Below are positions 54,511 to 58,899 of a stretch of DNA of 58,899 bases, piece by piece. The stretch lies in NCBI GenBank assembly GCA_946613265.1, contig CAMOFK010000006.1:1-58899 (forward strand), in the 5' to 3' direction. Position numbers and translations under genes: made by a program. Under the pieces are notes generated by a model. The model searched no databases and was not told where the DNA came from. It saw only the letters and a list, made by a program, of their open reading frames with translations. Origin of the DNA: an uncultured Verrucomicrobiota bacterium. Lineage in GTDB: Bacteria; Verrucomicrobiota; Kiritimatiellia; RFP12; UBA1067. The first letter of the stretch is position 1. Every line of letters begins with the position of its first letter.

Positions 54511-55608
54511 CTAGCGCTGGCGGCGGAACGCGACGAGTCCGGCGACCAGGAAGATGACGTACGGGAAAACGGCGGCCGCGACTGGATTGGCATATCCCGT
54601 ATTCGCGGCGATCATGCCGCCGATGACAAGCGCGTAGAACGCGAAGAACATCGCCAGCGCGCCGAGAATGCCCTTGAAAACGGATTGGCGCGCCGTCGAT
54701 ACTCCCGCGGGGATGGCGAAAAGAGTCATGATAATGCAAGCGAGCGGCGACATCAGCTGCGCCCACGCGGCGAAAGTGTATTCGCGGCGTGTATCTTCGG
54801 AGAGATTGGGGTTGCTCTCGAGGTGGCGGAATTTCCCGGCGACGGAATTGTACTGCTGCTTTCTGCTCTGCGCCATCAGATCGACGGGGCGCTCGGTGAA
54901 ATCGGGGAAGACGCGCAGCTTCAGCGCATCGAGTTCGGGCGTCTTCGTCGCGATTTCCTCGCCGCGCAAGCCGTAATGCTGCACGGTGCAGCCGTCGAGC
55001 CACCATTCGCCGTCGAGCCAATCGGCGCGCTCGGCGTGTATGCGGAAGAGACGCGAGCCGTCGGGGCGGTCTTGGGTGATATCCACGCCGGCGAGATGGC
55101 TGCCGCGGGGATCGAGGACGTCGTCGGCGGACCAAATGCGGCGCGCGGCGGCATTGCGGTAGTCGAGACGTCCGGAACGCTCGGCTTTCTTGAGATCGAA
55201 ACGCTCCTTCTTCAGACGCAGCGCCCACTGCGCATTGCGCGGCATGTAGGATTCGTTCACCCAGGCGACGAAACCGGCCATGAGCGCGGCGACGAGAAGT
55301 ATCGGGAAGGAAATGGCGAAGAAGCTGATGCCGCTTGCGCGCATCGCGACGAGTTCGGAGTGGCGGCAGAAGCTCCACATCGTATAAAGCGCGGCCAGCA
55401 TGAGCGCCGCCGGCGCGAGATAGTGGAAATACGGCGCGAGGTATCCCGCGAAGTATTTCACCGTCACGAGCGCGCCGAGGTTCATTTCCATCAAACGCGA
55501 AAACGACCCGAAAAGCTCGAAAAGGACGTATATCGCGACAAACCCGGCCAGGCAGTAGCCGAGCGGCACGAGATACTCGCGGAGAATATAGCGCTGCAAC
55601 GTCTTCAT
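54511..55608 (-). CDS. LptF/LptG-family LPS export permease
   Basis: TLQRYILRE, SELVAMRASGIS, 3+3 TM with periplasmic domain. Confidence 0.88.
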   Translation of the reverse strand: MKTLQRYILREYLVPLGYCLAGFVAIYVLFELFGSFSRLMEMNLGALVTVKYFAGYLAPYFHYLAPAALMLAALYTMWSFCRHSELVAMRASGISFFAISFPILLVAALMAGFVAWVNESYMPRNAQWALRLKKERFDLKKAERSGRLDYRNAAARRIWSADDVLDPRGSHLAGVDITQDRPDGSRLFRIHAERADWLDGEWWLDGCTVQHYGLRGEEIATKTPELDALKLRVFPDFTERPVDLMAQSRKQQYNSVAGKFRHLESNPNLSEDTRREYTFAAWAQLMSPLACIIMTLFAIPAGVSTARQSVFKGILGALAMFFAFYALVIGGMIAANTGYANPVAAAVFPYVIFLVAGLVAFRRQR

Positions 55609-55659
55609 TTCTCGATCCTGTGGATTCGTCTATTGCCCGCGGCGCCGGATGCGCGCGCT

Positions 55660-56586
55660 TCAGCGATTCTTGATTTCTCCGACGGAGGAAAAGCCGTGGA
55701 GCCTGCAATATTCCACTATGCCGTCATAGACTTCGCGCACGACGCCGGGATTTGTGAACATCGCCGAGCCTATCGCCACGGCCGTGGCGCCCGCGACGAG
55801 GAACTCGAGAGCGTCCTTCGCCTCGTAGATCCCGCCCATGGCCAGCACCGGCAGCTTCGTCGCGCCGCACGCATCCCAGACCATCTTCACCGCGACGGGA
55901 TGGATCGCCCGCCCCGAAAGTCCTCCGGAGCGGTTCGCCAGCACCGGGCGGCGCGTCTGCACGTCTATAGCCATCGCAGGAATCGTGTTGATGAGCGAAA
56001 GCGCGTTCGCGCCGCCGTCTTCGCACGCCTTGACGTACGGGCGGATATCGGGAACGTTCGGCGCGAGCTTGACGATCAGCGGCAGCTTTGTCGCCTTGCG
56101 CACGGCGCCGACGAGGCGGTTCAGCACGACGGGGTCTTGACCGAACGTGTGCCCGCCGGCCTTGACATTAGGGCAGGATACGTTGCATTCGAGCGCCATG
56201 GGCAGAGCGCAGGCGCGCGGACTCGCCGCGAAAGCGTCGAGGCGCGCGGCGACGGCTGCGTATTCCTCCACGCTTCCTCCCCATATATTCACGATCATCG
56301 GGAGTTTGCCGGCCGTCGCCAGATAGCGCGGCACATCGACATCGAGAAATTCGTCGATCCCCGGACCTTGCAGGCCGATGGCGTTTATCAAGCCCCCCGG
56401 GACTTCGGTGTGGCGCGGCATCGGGTTGCCCGGCCACGGATCCATGCGAATCCCTTTCACCGTGGCGGCGCCGAGGCAGGTGTAATCGACGGCGCCGGCG
56501 TATTCAGTGCCATAGCCGAACGTGCCGCTGGCCGTCGCCAGCGGCGTAGCCATTTCAAGTCCTCCGAGATTGACCCTTGTATCCAC
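55660..56586 (-). CDS. pyrD: Dihydroorotate dehydrogenase (family 1B) catalytic subunit
   Basis: ASGTFG, NAIGLQGPG, NVSCPNV, KLAPN, INT, GGLSG. Confidence 0.95.
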   Translation of the reverse strand: MDTRVNLGGLEMATPLATASGTFGYGTEYAGAVDYTCLGAATVKGIRMDPWPGNPMPRHTEVPGGLINAIGLQGPGIDEFLDVDVPRYLATAGKLPMIVNIWGGSVEEYAAVAARLDAFAASPRACALPMALECNVSCPNVKAGGHTFGQDPVVLNRLVGAVRKATKLPLIVKLAPNVPDIRPYVKACEDGGANALSLINTIPAMAIDVQTRRPVLANRSGGLSGRAIHPVAVKMVWDACGATKLPVLAMGGIYEAKDALEFLVAGATAVAIGSAMFTNPGVVREVYDGIVEYCRLHGFSSVGEIKNR

Positions 56587-56619
56587 TTTCGCTCTCCTTG
56601 AAACAGTATCATCCGGCGC

Positions 56620-57387
56620 TCACGGCCACACGAGTTCCTTCGCGGCGAAGACGGGGCCGTCGACGCAGCAGCGCTTGTTGCCGGCGTGCGTCTGCTGTAT
56701 GCACGCGAAGCACGCGCCAACGCCGCATATCATGTGGCGATCCACGCTTATCCAGCCGGGCACGCCCAGCGCGACCGCGCGCTCCGCCACGGCTTTAAGC
56801 AAGCCGTCCGGTCCGCAAGTATATAGCGCGAAAGCTTCGCCGGCTTCGCGCAGGCGCGCGATTTCGCGGTCTAGCGGAAGCGTGACAAAGCCCTTCTCGC
56901 CGAGCGAGCCGTCGTTCGTCGTGACATGGACGGCCGCGCCGAGGCGCTCGAAAAAATCTATCGCCAGGACGTCGGCGGCCGTGCGCCCGCCCGCGAAAAG
57001 CTCCCTCCGCCCTTCCATGCGCTTGGCGAGGAAATGGAGCGGCGCGACGCCGTATCCGCCGGCGACGAGCAGCGCCGTGCCGTCGCATTCGAGCGGGAAC
57101 CCCTTGCCAAGCGGTCCTTCCACCGCGAACGTGTCGCCAGGGCGCACGAGGTTCAGCGCCTGCGTGCCGCGCCCGACCGTCTTGTAAAGGATGGTGACGA
57201 CGCCATCGGCGGCATCGAAGACGGAGAACGGGCGGCGCAGCGCGCTCGCCTCCAGCGCCGGCACGCGGATATGCACGAACTGGCCTGGCTGGAGCGCCTG
57301 CGCCATCGCCGGCGCTTCAAAAACGAGAAAGCGGTAGCCGCCGCCTATCTGTTCATGCCGCAAAACTTTGGCTGTTTCGTCTTTCAT
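56620..57387 (-). CDS. pyrK: Dihydroorotate dehydrogenase electron transfer subunit
   Basis: PGQF, RRPFS, GPLG, GGYGVAP, CGP, CGVGACFAC, CVDGPVF. Confidence 0.95.
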   Translation of the reverse strand: MKDETAKVLRHEQIGGGYRFLVFEAPAMAQALQPGQFVHIRVPALEASALRRPFSVFDAADGVVTILYKTVGRGTQALNLVRPGDTFAVEGPLGKGFPLECDGTALLVAGGYGVAPLHFLAKRMEGRRELFAGGRTAADVLAIDFFERLGAAVHVTTNDGSLGEKGFVTLPLDREIARLREAGEAFALYTCGPDGLLKAVAERAVALGVPGWISVDRHMICGVGACFACIQQTHAGNKRCCVDGPVFAAKELVWP

Positions 57388-57423
57388 CGATCGATGTATC
57401 TTCTGTTGTTGTCCGCTTGGCGC

Positions 57424-58425
57424 TCACGCCGCTTCCGGAGGGCGGGCGCCCTGCATAGAATCCACCTTCTCGAACGCCCTGACCATGTTGGCGCCAAGAA
57501 GGAGAATCTGCCAACTCATGTAAATCCACGCCAGGACGATAGGGAAAAACGCGAACGAGCCGTAAAGCGCGCTGGATTTCGCGACGCCTATCTGCGCGAC
57601 GGCGCAAAGCTTCAGCCATCCGCCGAACAGCACGGCGGTTATCGCGCCGCCGCGCAGCGCGCATTTGAAATCGACGCGGCAATTCGGCAGCGCCGCGAAG
57701 AGGAAGGCGAAATCGAGCGTCGCGAATGTCATCGCGATGCACATTCTGAACACCCACGAATCGAGAAAGCGGATAAGCCCGGCCGAGACCCACTCCGTGA
57801 GCCACGTTGCGCCGAGGATCGTCACTATCAGATTCTTCGCGATATTCAACAGCGGCAGCGACATCGCAAGCGCGCCGACCACCGGCAGGATTATCACGAC
57901 GGATATGTAAAGGAAAGCGCGCTTCCACACCGGGCGCGGCTTTGGCACGTCCCAAATCTCGTTGAAACTCTGCTCCACCATGCCGATAGAGCTTACGACC
58001 GTCCAGAGAAGCGCGACGAAGCCGATCCATCCGAGCGTGCCCATGTCGAACTTGTCGATGCGCTCGAAGATCGTGTTCGAGAGATTGCGGGCCTCCTTGC
58101 CGAAGCCGGCGGCCATCGCCTTGCGCACTTCCAGCGCCTTTTCATCGCCCGTCGCAGCAATGCGCGCCAGCTCGTCGTTCTGCCCTTCCTCTATATATCT
58201 TATGAGCGTGTCGATCTGGCGGTCGATATGCCTGCGCACAAGCTCGTCGGCGTTGAACCCCTTCGCGGCCATCAGGCCGATGCAGAGTATCGGAACCAAG
58301 GCGAGCAAAGAGAAATACGTCAATCCGGCCGCGTGTATGGAGCAATTGTTATCCAGGAACCCAGACACAACGGTCTTGATCCACAACCACGCCGGGGCTG
58401 CAAATCTGTTTCGCCATCCTGTCAT
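57424..58425 (-). CDS. YihY/virulence factor BrkB family membrane protein
   Basis: AAGLTYFSLLALVP, FNEIW, YGSFA..P..L.WIY.SW.ILL.GA. Confidence 0.9.
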   Translation of the reverse strand: MTGWRNRFAAPAWLWIKTVVSGFLDNNCSIHAAGLTYFSLLALVPILCIGLMAAKGFNADELVRRHIDRQIDTLIRYIEEGQNDELARIAATGDEKALEVRKAMAAGFGKEARNLSNTIFERIDKFDMGTLGWIGFVALLWTVVSSIGMVEQSFNEIWDVPKPRPVWKRAFLYISVVIILPVVGALAMSLPLLNIAKNLIVTILGATWLTEWVSAGLIRFLDSWVFRMCIAMTFATLDFAFLFAALPNCRVDFKCALRGGAITAVLFGGWLKLCAVAQIGVAKSSALYGSFAFFPIVLAWIYMSWQILLLGANMVRAFEKVDSMQGARPPEAA

Positions 58426-58527
58426 CGCTGCTCTCCCCGTTGCGCGGCGCCGGACTCCGCTCCGCATGGCCGGCGGCTCCGGCGCGCCAAGACGTCAAAC
58501 TTCTCTCTATCTAACTTTGAAGGGCGG

Positions 58528-58556
58528 AAAAAAGGGAAGCTCCATGCCTCCCCTTT
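58528..58556 (-). terminator. Rho-independent terminator after ferredoxin
   Basis: Minus strand ggggaggc-atgga-gcttccc followed by T6. Confidence 0.65.
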
Positions 58557-58570
58557 CTCCGAGCGCGTCC

Positions 58571-58741
58571 TCAAGCGGCGGAAATCGCTTCGTTGGGGCA
58601 CTGCGCGGCGCAAGCGCCGCAATCGACGCACTTGTCGGGGTCGATCGAATACGCCGTACCTTCGGAAATCGCTTCCGCCGGGCACGCATCCTTGCAGCAA
58701 CCGCACGCGACGCACTTTTCTGCATCAATCTTGTGAGCCAT
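58571..58741 (-). CDS. 2x[4Fe-4S] ferredoxin (56 aa, absent from the ORF track)
   Basis: MAHKIDAEKCVACGCCKDACPAEAISEGTAYSIDPDKCVDCGACAAQCPNEAISAA; two CxxCxxCxxxCP; TGCTATAAT at 58791-58799. Confidence 0.95.
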   Translation of the reverse strand: MAHKIDAEKCVACGCCKDACPAEAISEGTAYSIDPDKCVDCGACAAQCPNEAISAA

Positions 58742-58899
58742 CTTTCCCTTCTTTCTAGCGCATAGCGCCTTAACGTTCTTGACGGCGGCAATTATAGCAT
58801 ATTCCCCCGCCGCTGTCTATGGTTTAGCCTAGGAGAATTTTAGCGGCTGACTTGCCAAAGTAAATGCCCATAGGGTATGGGCAATGAGTTGGACAATGG

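Noticed and set aside
58865-58883. Palindrome tgcccata-ggg-tatgggca
   Set aside because: At the window edge with no context; cannot distinguish operator from terminator

Overview
This is a GC-rich, mostly minus-strand chromosomal window from an anaerobic diderm bacterium (class III RNR, LptF/G, MurE with the DAP-type DNPR motif). The secreted glycan enzymes and their C-terminal motifs suggest a gut or rumen Kiritimatiellota/PVC organism, which is an inference. Housekeeping genes include nadA, nadD, nadK, nrdDG, murE, upp, znuABC, map, adk, pyrDK and a ferredoxin, alongside many glycan-degrading enzymes (GH127 x2, GH97, GH3, GH89, GH123). No tRNA, rRNA, CRISPR, integrase or transposase was recognised. 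The most unusual part is a block of about 14 kb (18.65-33 kb) of secreted enzyme genes. It carries palindromic short-tandem-repeat elements with 7-, 8- and 9-nt units. Some are inserted in frame, and one 120-137 bp element occurs twice and supplies the start codon and signal peptide of two unrelated enzymes. The same block holds gene fragments, an internally deleted minigene and multi-domain chimeras, suggesting a domain-shuffling hotspot. Other oddities: a NadD-ferredoxin:thioredoxin-reductase-like fusion next to nrdDG, an N-terminally truncated MurE fused to an acyl-ACP thioesterase, a strictly 22-bp-periodic palindrome array behind a promoter-like sequence, an attC-like hairpin before a frameshifted BspA LRR gene, and a possible phosphodiester-glycan (teichoic acid-like) utilisation operon. 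All family assignments come from motif recognition by eye, not database searches.
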